From Octopus vulgaris (taxonomy: Eukaryota), in contig OX597817.1 in NCBI GenBank assembly GCA_951406725.2, positions 18,662,001 to 18,726,000 on the forward strand: a DNA stretch of 64,000 bases, read 5' to 3'. The notes beneath the pieces were generated by a model. It made no database searches and was not told the DNA's origin. It saw nothing but the letters and a program-made list of their open reading frames with translations. Made by a program: the position numbers and the translations under genes. Positions 14,228-27,500 of this stretch are shown piece after piece. The first letter of the stretch is position 1, and every line of letters begins with the position of its first letter.

Positions 14228-14230
<3 letters not shown>
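14000..14230 (+). repeat. Small non-coding interspersed repeat related to 63320-63760
   Basis: Shares gaaacgtggagtagata, gacaactgataaaagg and terminal tcctgtacccatatat with the 63 kb copies. Confidence 0.55.
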
Positions 14231-14268
<38 letters not shown>

Positions 14269-14349
14269 TTTGTACATATGTGTATGCATATATGCATATA
14301 TTTATATTATTATATGATCGAACGCCACGCATCCATTTCCAAGTAAGTT

Positions 14350-14445
<96 letters not shown>

Positions 14446-15315
14446 GCAACAGTTATAACGGTAGAGAATATGAAGACACGTAGTCGTAATTTGGAACACA
14501 AACGGTATTCACCCCGATAGTATATCCCTCTAAACACTCTCTCCCTTTCACACACACACACACACACACGCACACGCGCATACACTCACTCACACACACA
14601 CGTACACATGTGTGTGTGTGTGTTCAAACAAAGACTGGAAAATTAGATGTCGCTTGCCTGCAAACAGACCTTAGGCGCTATTTGCTTCCCTTAAACAAGT
14701 AAATTAACCTTGTCAGATTAATTTTTTTAAATTTTTGATATCATTTCTCCATTTCGCTGACTGTCAGTAGAGTCACTAACAAACAAATACCGTTGTTTGG
14801 TTTAGTGTGTCCCTCTGCAAACTAAGAGAAAAAAAATTTAATTAATTAGAAATTGAGCACATAGGGTCCAGTACATCAGCTCCTGTTTTAAAAACAAATT
14901 CGTATCATTGGTTTATTTCAGTTACTTCTCCTACTTTGTTGAAGTACAAAAGCTAAAACGCAATATGTGCCCCAGTATGACTGCATACATCGTAATTCAT
15001 TTTCCAACATCTCTGAAGGTCTAAGAAATAAATGTCGGTAAAATGCCGTGTTGATCATAGCACATAGTGTTATAAATAATGTAATGTTAACTGGTAAATC
15101 GATATCACTTCTAGATGTAATAGGAAACTAAGGAAATGGAGAAGTGTTCAAAGCCTTAGAAACGCATAGGCGATATTAATAGTACCAATTTTATTTACTC
15201 ACTGGTAACGAAAAAACAAAATAAGCCCAAAATTACTGGGGATGTTGTTCACGAAACTTGCCTAAAGAAATTATAGTTTTGTATTTAAACCAAAGAAAAA
15301 ATATTAGATAACATG

Positions 15316-15386
<71 letters not shown>

Positions 15387-15387
<1 letters not shown>

Positions 15388-15598
15388 GTTAATCCAAACA
15401 AGAAAACACAAGAAAAAACACAGCAACGCAAGGGCGTGGAACAAATAAAGTATTATTGGACGCTCAGGAAAGAAGGGAAGAAGAAGGGTCTAACGTTTCG
15501 AGCGGAGCTCTTCGTCGGAAACAAAGGAAAAGGAAAGATCCAAAGAAGGGAAGACGGAGGAAACAAATCGCCAACGGTACACACGCGGTCACATTTTG

Positions 15599-15600
<2 letters not shown>
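15387..15600 (-). mobile_element. Small TA-embedded repeat with minimal hammerhead (Penelope pLTR-like)
   Basis: 15488-15522 reverse complement gttt-CCGACGA-a-gagc-tcc-gctc-GAAA-cg-TT-agac. Confidence 0.65.
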
Positions 15601-15693
<93 letters not shown>

Positions 15694-16246
15694 TGCGTAT
15701 ATAAGCACATATAATATGCATATAATATATATCTGATCGAATCGTCCGTGTGTTAACATGGCGCTCCTAACAACAAAGTAAACTTTATTCAATCAAGATA
15801 TCCTTAGCCTGACAAGTTGCCGGCGTGCTTTTGGACATTTTGTACAAAGTTATGAGGTATCATGGTATTATGACCCACTGCATGTGCTCCGTGGGGATCC
15901 CCGTCAACAAATCTTTACGAACTTTGTCAAGGAAGTATCGGGAAATTTCGGAAAGCAAGCTATTACCTATATCCTTACGCTGCGCTTTTAAAGCAACAAT
16001 TACAGCGTGCCTTTCTGTGTTCTGAGTAACTCTGATATCTGATGTTATTTATCTGAAAAGTATGAGCTCTTGAAAGAGTTGTCCTCCAAAATCTGTCGCA
16101 CCCTGTGTGTCAGCCGAAATTGCAAGGATGATCCGGTTCTTGACTGAAGATTAGAGGCTTCGAATGACCCGTCCGTTTTTGTGTCGTCTATTTGAGTGTT
16201 TTGCGTTCTTGTCCCATTTTGTATTTTTTTAATATATATATATTTT

Positions 16247-16535
<289 letters not shown>

Positions 16536-16779
16536 TGTGTGTGCGTGTATGTGTGTGTGCGTGTGTGTTTGTTCATGTACGCGTGTATGTGTGTATGTAT
16601 GTGTGTGTATGTGCGTGTGTGAACATAATTGGATGCGGTCAGCGCGCGACAATCTAATTATTTAGGTTTCCGCCTTTATCGCTCGAAGTCCTGTGCAATC
16701 TGAGGAGGGCTACAGTGTCATATAAGAAGAAGATGTTGGCCTGAAGTTGGTACGCCTTTACTTCATCTGTTAGATATAT

Positions 16780-17110
16780 TTTAGCATTAGGTAACACATG
16801 ATGTCTCACAGTTTACGCAACCGAAGATGCACTTCAAACAGGCAGCAGTTGTAATCAAACAAACCCCCAGACAGAGAAACGTGAGAGACAAGTTACATAT
16901 ATTCGATAACCATATTTGGATACCTATGTTTAAGTCTAGAAGAGGAGGGAATTACGGGAGGAGATGGAATGGGATTACGGGCCTCGTAACCATGAATGGT
17001 GCTGGTAAAATTCAGTCGAACCGCTCAGCTGAATGCAGAGACATAGGTCACACTAAGTTGACCTTGTGAAAACGACTAGATAATGCATCGGGTGGCCGAA
17101 ACGCTATTAG
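16780..17110 (+). mobile_element. Penelope-like element 3' end (post GIY-YIG region), decayed
   Basis: QRNVRDKLHI...PMFKSRRGGNY..RW resembles the RKVKEAIHI...FNRDGG...W end of Penelope endonucleases; followed by ggccgaaacgc. Confidence 0.45.
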
Positions 17111-17326
17111 GATTTGTGGCGCCACTGGTGATAGATGCATCCGGCCAAATATCCACATACACACTTAAAGCATACAGATATACATCTAAACGCTCACACC
17201 CACACACATACATACTATATAAAACTTTGTTGAGGAGACCGAAGTAATGTGAAATGAAATAAAAAGTAAACTACAAAAGGGAAAAAAGAACAACAGTTGG
17301 AGTTTTACCTTATATTTCGATATATG

Positions 17327-17483
17327 TGCACAGGAGTACCTGTGTGGTAAGTAGCTTGTTTACCAACCACATGGTTCTGGATTTAGTCCCACTGCCTGGC
17401 AGCTTGGGCAAGTGTCTTCTACTAAAGCCTCGGGCCGACCAAAGCCTTGTGATTTGGTAGACAGAAACTGAAAGAAGCCCGTC

Positions 17484-17557
<74 letters not shown>

Positions 17558-17775
17558 GTGTATATGTTTGCGTGTCTGTGTTTGTCCCCCAACATCGCTT
17601 GACAACTGATGCTGGTGTATTTACGTCCCCGTAACTTAGCGGTTCGGCAAAAGGGTCTGATAGAATAAGTACTAGGCTTACAAAGAATAAGTCCCGGGGT
17701 CGATTTGCTCGACTAAAGGCGGTGCTCCAGCATGGCCGCAGTCAAATGACTGAAACAAGGAAAAGAGTAAAATAG
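17327..17775 (+). mobile_element. SINE family A
   Basis: Full head, internal (TA)n and tail as in the 7135 copy. Confidence 0.92.
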
Positions 17776-17789
17776 TAAGAGGATATGGG

Positions 17790-18070
17790 TGTTATGACGT
17801 CTTCCTCAGGACACGTGGAAGATGAGGAATTGAATAAGTTACTGCTCAGATAAATGGAAGACGAGAGTGACATAGTGACATGCGCAGACTGATGTTGTCT
17901 TGATATCTAATCTGCTTCGTGTAGCTTCTTTCGGTTGGTTGGAACTGGCCTCTGCTTCATTAAGAAGGAAGGTTTTCTTCATCTTAATGTTGTCTGTATT
18001 TCGAAGAGTGGCCCTGATTGATATTGGGAAATCTCGTGGTGGTAATTCTGCATGTGTTTATAGACTGGGA
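17790..18070 (-). mobile_element. Possible Penelope-like 3' fragment
   Basis: Minus strand PVYKHMQN followed by a stretch resembling the end of a GIY-YIG domain, and cctgaggaagacgtc; heavily decayed. Confidence 0.3.
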
Positions 18071-18486
18071 TACTCTTTTACTCTTTTACTTGTTTCAGTA
18101 ATTTGACTGTGGCCATGCTGGAGCACCGCCTTTTTTAGTCGATCAAATCGACCCCAGAACTTATTCTTTGTAAGCTTAGTACTTATTCTATCGGCCTCTT
18201 TTGCCGAACCGCTAAGTTACGGGGACGTAAACACACCAGCATTGGTTATCAAGCGATGTTGGGGGGGGGGGGACAAACACAGATACACAAACACACACAC
18301 ACACACACATATATACATATATACGACAGTCTTCTTTCAGTTTCCGCCTACCAAATCCACTCACAAGGCTTTGGTTGGCTCGAGCCTATTGTAGAAGACA
18401 CTAGACCTAGGTGCCACGCAGTGGGACTGAACCCGGAACCATGTGGTTGGTAAGCAAGCTACTTACCACACAGCCACTCCTACGCC
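18071..18486 (-). mobile_element. SINE family A
   Basis: Full-length reverse complement copy. Confidence 0.92.
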
Positions 18487-21269
18487 TATCCTATCTTCTG
18501 AGACAAAGTGCAACTATTTCAAAATTATAATTTCCTTACTTAATGAACAAACGCCTGGGATATTTGTATGTAATGTTTCTTGGAGTTTATCATCGTTGTT
18601 TACAACCAAGTCACTCATAAAGGGATAGTTCTTTGATGAAGGTGTCTCCATGTAGGTCGTCATGTATTTTTTAATATTATATTTATCTGTATATAGACCT
18701 ACGTATATAAACCTACGTATATAAACCTACGTAGGCATAAATGTCAAACTTACGTATTTTTTCTGATGACAGAAAATTGATGAAAAGTCATTTTCTATTT
18801 TCGGTCCTTATTAGCGTTTCACCAGACGCGCCTGCATCGCTTAACTCATCCAAGAGAGACCAGGTGCCAATCTTTTCATATAAATAAGTGGAAACAATAA
18901 TAAGCAGAAATAATTACAATCGATTTTGTGTATTATTGGCGAAAACAACAAAAACACTCCCCACCTCCTAAAAAATAAAACCTAATTGTTTCTTATGCAA
19001 ATTATGGCTTTTATTACTCCCTCCAGACATGTCTACAATTAAGATTTACTATTCGAAGTAAATATAATATGACACGTGGTTCATTATTTCATTACATAAA
19101 CAAACAAAAATGGTAAATATACGTAATAAAGCAAATGGTATTTCTTATCTTCTGAGAGACAAAGTGTAACTATTTCAAAATTATAATTTCCTTACTTAAT
19201 GAACAAATTAAAATTTATACTGTTTATTCTCTATTTTGTGTTTGGAAATGCTTCAAAACTTATATATTTACTATAATTTTCAGTTAAACTTGTCTCAAGT
19301 CATATTCAATATTCAACTTAAGCATGAATACAGATACAAAAACATAAACACATTTATTGTGAAAAATATTTAGCTCATTTTCAACTATTTCTAGAGAAGT
19401 CACAGACATAGCTTTATGTGTGTTTACTGACATGAAATCTCGGCACCTTTGGCTAATCATGGGTACGCTGTACAGTTTGAGCAGAGACATATTCGGTGGT
19501 GAATATGATTAGGAAATCATATTCAGTAATGGCCATACCTTTCCCATTTGTAGAAAAGCGACGGCATAAGAACAATTTGATCATTTAATCTGTTTGGAAT
19601 ATCACTCCTGTTGAGTCTTCCATTTTTATGGTCAACAAGTGAAAAGTTAACTCGTATATTTAATTTGTGGATCCTGGAAAGTCAGAATTTTTTGGGGTGT
19701 GATAAAACTCTGGAAGATTTCCAAACTGAAATGTAATATTTAATAGGGAAATGAAGCGATGTGGTGCGAATGTCACCCTGTTGTCAAAATACGAGTGGGA
19801 GATACGATCTCTTGACTATAATTTCTTCTGGTCAGTTTCTACGGGGTAACGCTGATGTTGACGTAACTCTTGCGATAAGTCGTGTCACCAGGCTAGTGTC
19901 GCTTCTAATCAATATATCCGATAAAAGAATGAAGTCTAGATTAGTTCAGGATGCTAATCAATGTATAACTGTTTGTAGTGTTTATGTTGCTACGATGATA
20001 AACAAACAGAATAAGGAAGATTTATACGATTTGCTTCGGAGTTCGTGCTAAGCACCAACAACTAATTACCTGCTTGCCATAAGCGATTTCTGTATAAGAC
20101 AGGACAGAGTTATCAGAAACAGGTGACTTTGGAAGAGGACATTCCAACTCATGTCAACAATTCTAATGCATACAATTCCCCGACTTCCAAATAATGAGGT
20201 TTGTAAAGCTGGTATTATCTATAAGTGCAAATGTGGTATCCATTGAACTATGAACTAACCCACGGGAACAAAATTCTGTGAATAAGATTTGAGCGTGATA
20301 CTAGGGGCAATGGATTAACTGCTTGAGCGAGCACATATTTGTATGAACTACATAGCGATTCGTGAGACAGAATTGCAGGAAGGTTGGCTGTATTTTAACA
20401 ACAAAAAAGAAAAGAAAAGAGGCAGTGAACCTAAAAAAAGAGCAAATTAAAATAAAATAACACTTATAGTACATAGTAGATTATGGTCTTATTACTTCAC
20501 TTAATGGGATACGTAATATTTCCCATTCATGAACAGATCCACCTGGCTACGAAAGGTGAAATATTTGAGATTATTTATTGCGGAATAAATAAATGTTTTA
20601 CAAAACAAAACAGGAGAAAAATCGATAAGGACAGAAAAAGAAACAGACAATAAAATTTCTATCATTGTTAAATACTTCTAAATAAACATATCACGATTTG
20701 ATAAACATACTTTAATTACATAATTGGTTCTTTCATTTAAGTGTCAACTTATATCTCCTCATGTAAGAATGGATGTCATTTCTGTTCGTGTACTGAATGG
20801 CTTCTGAATTTTACCGTAGACCTTTCCAAATCACGTCATTAATGGTGTAATTTACCTAAGTAAAAATGGACAGCAGAATATTAAGTTGATGTACCACATA
20901 GATATGAAATAGTTTATTGAATAATTTTATACATCTAAGCGTATAAACATTTTTATTGGCTTCCTTTTACGAATACACAGACACACATGTGTGTGTGTGC
21001 TTGTGTATGTATATGTATATGTGTGAATGTGAGCGTTTCCATGTATATATACCTTCATCCATACATATATATGTGAGTTAAACACTACTTTCTGAGGTTT
21101 GGTTTCCTCCTTCGTTTGAATAAATGTAGTATTTATATATATACATACACACACACACACACACACAAACACTCATACACGCTCTCATACACGCACACAT
21201 GCGCGCACACATGCGCGCACACACAAAGAGGAGCTAACTGCTGCAACATATGTATCAATTGATATCTTT

Positions 21270-21580
21270 TTATTGAACTACGAGTAAAGTTGTAAAATAC
21301 CGCACGAGTGGAAATATATATGAGAGAAGGTTTGAAAAGGCAATTTTAAAGATGTTTATTCACTTGACCGGTTTCACTTTTTTAGAAAAAGATTGTCAAA
21401 AGTAAAATGTAAAGCTTTGTATAAGCTTTGTTGTATTAAGTACTGGTTTTCACAAGTGTATTAAAATACATATATACATTCTTTGATAATAATAAGAAAA
21501 TGTTGGAAACAGTTTACATGAAAGTATTTAAGAAAATATTCAACAAAAAGTATTAGGAGTTCAATAAAAATCATGTTTGT
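21270..21580 (-). mobile_element. pLTR-like repeat with U3-A8 hammerhead variant
   Basis: 21363-21402 reverse complement ctt-TTGACAA-tcttttt-cta-aaaaagt-GAAA-ccgg-TC-aag. Confidence 0.55.
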
Positions 21581-21586
21581 TTGGTA

Positions 21587-21633
<47 letters not shown>

Positions 21634-22079
21634 AGGAGATATAGTTAAGAATTTACAAAAAATTGGAGAGGAACCAACCTTTTTGGCATTTTTTGTCTTG
21701 TGTGCAGCTAAGGAATGTTTACTATTTTAAGGGACAGTGTGGAAGGTTGGCTCGGATGGGGGGGGGGAGCAGCAACGAGGAATTGGAAATATTTTTGTTT
21801 CTGGGCTAGTCTGTCATGGTTCAGTGGTTTTTGGAACTGGTCTCAGAAGTCAGAAGGGTGTGACTGTGTGTGTCACTGTGCACGTCTCTATGTGTGTGTG
21901 TGTGCGTGTGTATATACATGTGTTTATTTTTGTGTCTGCAGGCCGTTTTTGATTGGTCCCAGAGTTTATTGTGGCGTGTGTATATGGGTCTGTGTGTTTT
22001 ATATTTGGTAGGATGGTGTGTGTATCTGTGTGCACGTTTGTGTGTGTGTGTAAGTGTGTGATTAATATTTGTTAGGGTG

Positions 22080-22540
22080 TTGTGTGTGCCCATGTGTGTG
22101 GATGTGTTTGTTCGCGTGTGTGTATGTGTGCTTCTGTGGGTGCGTGTGTATGTTTGTATTTTGTGTTGGTGGAGATGTTATGTGTATGTGTACGTGAGTG
22201 TGTGTGTGTGTTTGTCTGTCTGTCTGAGTATGTTTGTGTTGTTATAATTGTCCTGGTGGTGTGTGTGTGCGCATGTGTGTGTATGTGTGCGGGCGTGTGT
22301 ATATTTGTGTGTTTTGTGTTGGTGAGAATGTTATGTATGTGTACGTGAGTGTGTGTGGGTCTCTGAGTATGTTTGTGCAGTTTTAATTGTCCTTGTGGTG
22401 TGTGTGTATGTGTGTGTGTGTGAGCAACCGTATGTGTGTGTGAGGGTGCATATGTATGTGTGCGTCTGTGTGTGCGCGTGTGTATGTTTGTGTGTTTTGT
22501 GTTAGTGGGGATGTTATATGTGTGTACGTGAGTATGTGTA
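22080..22540. repeat. Cryptic GT-rich higher-order repeat, about 3 units of 150-185 bp
   Basis: tttgtgtt(g/a)gtg..gatgttat..tgtgtacgtgagt recurs at about 22160, 22313 and 22496. Confidence 0.75.
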
Positions 22541-22678
22541 GATTTGAATACAAAAGCGGTGACTCTAACAGGACAGATTACATGCTAGAAGGAACAGTCA
22601 AATTCCAAACCACGGTTACGAGCAATTTCGAAGGGAATGAAAATTACTCAAAGAGAAAATCACACATATATTTATGTG

Positions 22679-22737
<59 letters not shown>

Positions 22738-22812
22738 GAAATAGGATAAAATCTTCATAAGAAATTATCAAGTAGTTAGCGTGAAAAACCTCATAAGAGA
22801 AAAAATCTATAT

Positions 22813-22848
<36 letters not shown>

Positions 22849-23943
22849 AATATATTTACAAAGAGCATAAGAATTATGAAGTACTATGAAGAAAATACGT
22901 GATTTCCTAACTTGACACCTGTCTAAGGATGCTTGGAATTATATTATAATTGCAATAATCATAATTCCTCTGCGGCCAATAATTGCCCATTATTCCAGCT
23001 GCCTCGAACGTTGAATAATCTCCAGCTTTCCCAGATAGCATGCCCCGAAACGGCAGAAAGTTGGAAATCTTATAGTTTGTGTCTCCATTCCCTACTCAGG
23101 TTAAATCTTTACGCAAGGTATTTTTCAAAATCCTAAGCTCTGATTTCTTACCACGTCATAAATATTAAAATCTCGTACTTTACAGCATCAAAGTTGGGAT
23201 CTGTAACTGCTTCTTCCAATAGGTGCAAACGTAGCTTCTTTACTGTGGGATTAGTTACGAACTATCCATTTGGACCCCTAAACTAACCCATTACGTACTA
23301 ATACTATGAGCTTCTGGAACGCTACCTACTTCAATAATAGAAGCGCTGGTACCATCACTTCTAGTAATAGTAACTGTTACGCATAAGGCATTAGTGACAC
23401 ACTCTCCAATCTCCATTCAAGTATCAATATCTCTTCCGGCTCTACCTCGAGTATAACTAATCATATGACTTAGCATTGAATAAGGATTGATCTTAAGCAC
23501 ACTGTTAACGGGAAAATTTGTAAACTTCAGGACTCAAAACGGTAGAGGAGTAGGGGCCGAAACCGGACGTGGTTCCTCCTGATGATGTCTTGAGCTAAGT
23601 GGATCCTGTAAAGGAGCTGTTGCGGTAGCAGACCACGAAACACGGTTGTAATTCCTCAAAGGAGGATTAAAACAAAAGACGACAGTTTCTGCCGATTAAA
23701 AAGCGTATATATAATCATGCATTGAGTTATATTGCCCATTTTTGTATATTTGTTCCAACAAACGTACATTTACGTTTGTATACATATCAGAACCACACCA
23801 GGAACATCATACTAAACATAAATGCAAAATTCTCCCTGAGTATTTGCATCGAAAGGAGGTAATCTCTGTTTACAAAAGGGGAGAAAATGAAAATAAAATA
23901 CATACAGCAAGCTAATGTCTCCGCAGACCACGAACCATACCAA

Positions 23944-24125
23944 TGGCGAGCTGGCAGAAATGTTAGCACGCCGGGCGAAATGCTTATCATTTTTTCGTCT
24001 GTTTTTACGTTCTGAGTTCAAATTCCGCCGAGGTCGACTTTGCCTTTTATCCTTGCGGGGTCGATAAATTAAGTACCAGTTGCGTACTGGGATGGATCTA
24101 ATCGACTGGCCCTCTCCCCAAATAC
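23944..24125 (+). mobile_element. SINE family B
   Basis: ggcgagctggcagaaatgttagcacgccgggcgaaatgc...gccgaggtcgactttgcc. Confidence 0.9.
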
Positions 24126-24199
24126 AACTTCGAACAAAAACAGCGAAATCAGGTAACTTCGCAACTTGGAACTGGAAATTTAAATAACACAGAATTAGA

Positions 24200-25860
24200 G
24201 ACTCAAAAGGTTTGACTGACTTGACGATCTTCAGCTAGTAACATCGAACACTACCGGCCCTGGTACTTTCCACTGTGGGAGCCTGCATAGTCGCTTTTGT
24301 AGTTTATTCTGGGTTATTACTACATTCCCCAATGGATTCTCCTCTTCAGGGTGCTTTTCAACTTTTTTGAGTCATTTCTCTTCCAAGCTGTGCTCTTTAC
24401 TGGCATTCTAGAATCCTTCACAAAATTTCTTTCCCTCATTGATATCCGAACTAAATTCCCCGGTTCTTTCTCTGTTCGAAAAGTCTCTTTTGGTTGCTTA
24501 AAAAAAAGCTTATTTTGATGGAATTGGTAACAATGATCATCGTACCTTTTTAATTTCTTCGGTTTAGCAGTTATTCTTTTCTTCAATTCTTATATTACAG
24601 AACCGCAACCTTTTTGTTCTTATTCTGTATTTCACTTTCAGCCCCTTTGCACCGTCATCATTTTTCAACTGTTCCTCTTTCATCCTGCTTAGGTGGTTTT
24701 TTTCCCCATTCTTAATTTGTAACACAATTCTTCATGGTTCTAGTTGTTTCTTATTTATTCTCAAGAGCCTTACCACGGCGATGCCAGTAGCTTTCACGAT
24801 GTTTTTCATGTTCTTGCGTTTTGGTTTTCACATAATTCAATATTTTGTCTATTCTCTCCGTTCGTAATTTCAATCTGCTTCTAGCCACATTCCTTATGTC
24901 GGGGGAAAAGATAAAGGTACTTTCTCAAGTTGCTCTTTTATATCATTTCCACGATATTTCTTCAGTCTCCAGATGTTCCTTGTTCTCTTCAAATCTTGTC
25001 GATTTACTTTAATTCCGTTCTTCTCTATCGATGTCTGCTGAAACTTCTTTTATCATCTCCCTTCAGCATCAGCATCTTCAGCGATATCGGAACCTGCTCT
25101 GCTAGTTTCCTGATCTATTTCCCATTTTATCTCTTCTATCTCAATCCCAGATAGCCATCCATTGATCTTTATCAACCGTGCTTGTCCTGCAAGATTTCGC
25201 TCACTTCGTTCAAAAAGTTCTATTTCGTTTCAAATATAGAGCATTCTTTTCCTGAAATTTTTCATTGCTGGATCGCTTTTCAGATAATATTTTGCCTATT
25301 CCATATATTCATTAAAAAGGGCACAGGAGTGGCTGTGTGGTAAGTAAGTAGCTTGCTTACCAATCACATGGTTCCGGGTCCAGTCCCACTGCGTAGCACT
25401 TTGGGAAAGTGTCTTCTACTATAGTCTCGGGCCGACCAAAGCCTTGTGAGTGGATTTGGTAGACGGAAACTGAAAGAAGCCCGTTGTATATATGTATATA
25501 TATATTTATGTGTGTGTATATATTTGTGTTTCTGTGTTTGTTCCCCCCCCCCAACATCACTTGACAACCGATTCTGGTGTGTTTACGTCCCCGTAACTTA
25601 GCAGTTCGGCAAAAGAGAGCGATAGAATAAGTACTAAGCTTACAAAGAATAAGTCCTGGGGTCGATTTGATCGACTAAAGGTGGTGCTCCAGTATGGCCG
25701 CAGTCAAATTACTGAAACAAGTAAAAGAGTAAAAGAGTAAAAGAGGGTTTCGCGTGGTGACGACGTGGGATGCCCGTCCCTTGATCTTTTTGGTGCAACA
25801 CCTTCACCATGATTTCCGGACCCGTGTATGCCATTATTTCTATCTTCTATATATATATTT
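24200..25860 (-). mobile_element. R4/Dong-clade non-LTR retrotransposon, 5' portion, decayed, interrupted by a SINE
   Basis: KKRITAKPKKLKRYD..QFHQNKLF and PQWKVPGP motifs typical of the region N-terminal to R4/Dong RT. Confidence 0.7.
25319..25745 (+). mobile_element. SINE family A nested in the R4-like LINE
   Basis: Full-length family A sequence. Confidence 0.92.
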
Positions 25861-25879
25861 TCATTCTATTGACGACTGA

Positions 25880-25956
25880 TATGTTGTTGTTATTGTTATT
25901 GTTGTTGTTGCTGTAGTTTTTGTTGTTGTTCTTATTGTTGTTGTAGTAGTTATTGC

Positions 25957-25987
<31 letters not shown>

Positions 25988-26087
25988 CTTCTTCTTCTTC
26001 TTCTTCTTCTTCTTCTCCTTCTCCTCCTCCTCCTTTTTCTTCTTCTTCTTCTTCTTCTTCTTCTTCTTCTTCTTCTTCTGCTTCCTC
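25880..26087. repeat. Compound (GTT)n(CTT)n microsatellite
   Basis: Direct reading. Confidence 0.97.
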
Positions 26088-26377
26088 TTTTTATTTTCGT
26101 TATTATGTCAGTAATATTTAAAACGAGAAAATAGCACCAGTAAGTTTCATTAATAAAAGGTGCAAACAAAACACCTAATCATAGCAGGTTTAGGATTACT
26201 ATGCCAAACGTCGGTTGCGGCATGCAATATTAACCACACGAAAGTTTAGCAGAAACACAAATCGTGTTTCTGGTCTCTTCGTATAAAGAAAGTCCGGGGA
26301 GAATTTTCGGGCACTTAATTATCAGTATATGACTCTCTCCAAACCAATTAAAATTTTCTTTTCCTTTCAGATACCCC

Positions 26378-27500
26378 ATGCCAGATAAAAGGTCATCACC
26401 AAAGAACCTCATGTGTGTGAGTGGAACTATCACAAGAAATGAGAAAACATGTAGTCGTTGTTGTCTGTCCAGAACACAACGATTTAGAAATTACCAACAT
26501 TCTAAGAGCTGCACGATCCTTTTTTGGAAGGAATTGGAAAACTCTGTTAGGAATGTTTCAAAAGTATCAAATAGAAAAATATTCTAAATGTTGGAATAAT
26601 ATAAGGACAATGAAATTCATCCAAAGCTTTCAACATTGTCCATGATGGTCCCAGAAAATCAATGAAGGTCATCACCAAAGAACCTCATGTGTGTGAGTGG
26701 AACTATCAGAACTAAGGTGCACGAGGATATTCAACATAAGCCATATATACGAAGGACAAGCCTATTTACGTCTGTAAAAACACAGAATCACTGATCTGTA
26801 CAAGGCGGCTACTTAACAAGATACGAAACTCTTACAGACATGGCGTGCTTTGGTTCTGTTCTGATGAAAAAAATCACTTCAAATGAGACAAAGAAGTCTA
26901 ACAGGAGAAATTACAGATAGTTGAGGCAGTTACTTCTATATTGCAAAGGATGTGCACTAGATTTTCAGCAATTGGGGTGATTTTTTGGAGTGGTGAATAA
27001 CGAAGGTCATGTCATGCTATGTTACATCTTTCCACATAATTTTAGAATCAATACTGTCAGATACATCGAGCCACTGGAGACAGTTGTTGAGCGGTGGATG
27101 CATGAAGTTGCTTAATACGTTTTCACAAAGCCTACATAACTCAAGAATGAATGTCAGGTAATCTTTACAATCATCCAAGTGCCTGGTCAGATTTAAATTC
27201 TTAGGAGAAAAGGAGATCAGCCGACATCCTCGCAATATCATAGCTTCACCGAAGGTCGCAATTGTGCAGATGATGTTCGAAATGAATGAGGAACATTCAG
27301 AGCAGACATGTCAAAGCTTCTGGTACTGCACTGGAGTAATTACGGAAGCTGAAAGCGGATACATAAAATGAATTTCTAAGTAAGCTATAGAGAACATATG
27401 TAGAAATTTTTATTAAAATACATTTGACTTTTGTACGATAAGAACTGTTTTATTATATTTCCAAATCTGTACTCAAATAACTCTTGCACTGAATATACAG
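26378..27500 (+). mobile_element. DD37D (maT-type) transposon relic, heavily decayed
   Basis: LSQEMRKHVVV...EHNDLEITNILRAARSF aligns by eye with the N-terminus of the 3706-4831 copy ([22 protein letters not shown]); SDEK and GVVNNEGHVM motifs. Confidence 0.75.

Noticed and set aside
17075-17106. Hammerhead after the Penelope-like fragment
   Set aside because: Only ccgaaacgc is retained; the CUGANGA box and stems are not intact
22940-23520. Possible LINE ORF1 zinc-knuckle remnant on the minus strand
   Set aside because: Only a CRFG-like trace; cysteine pattern not recoverable
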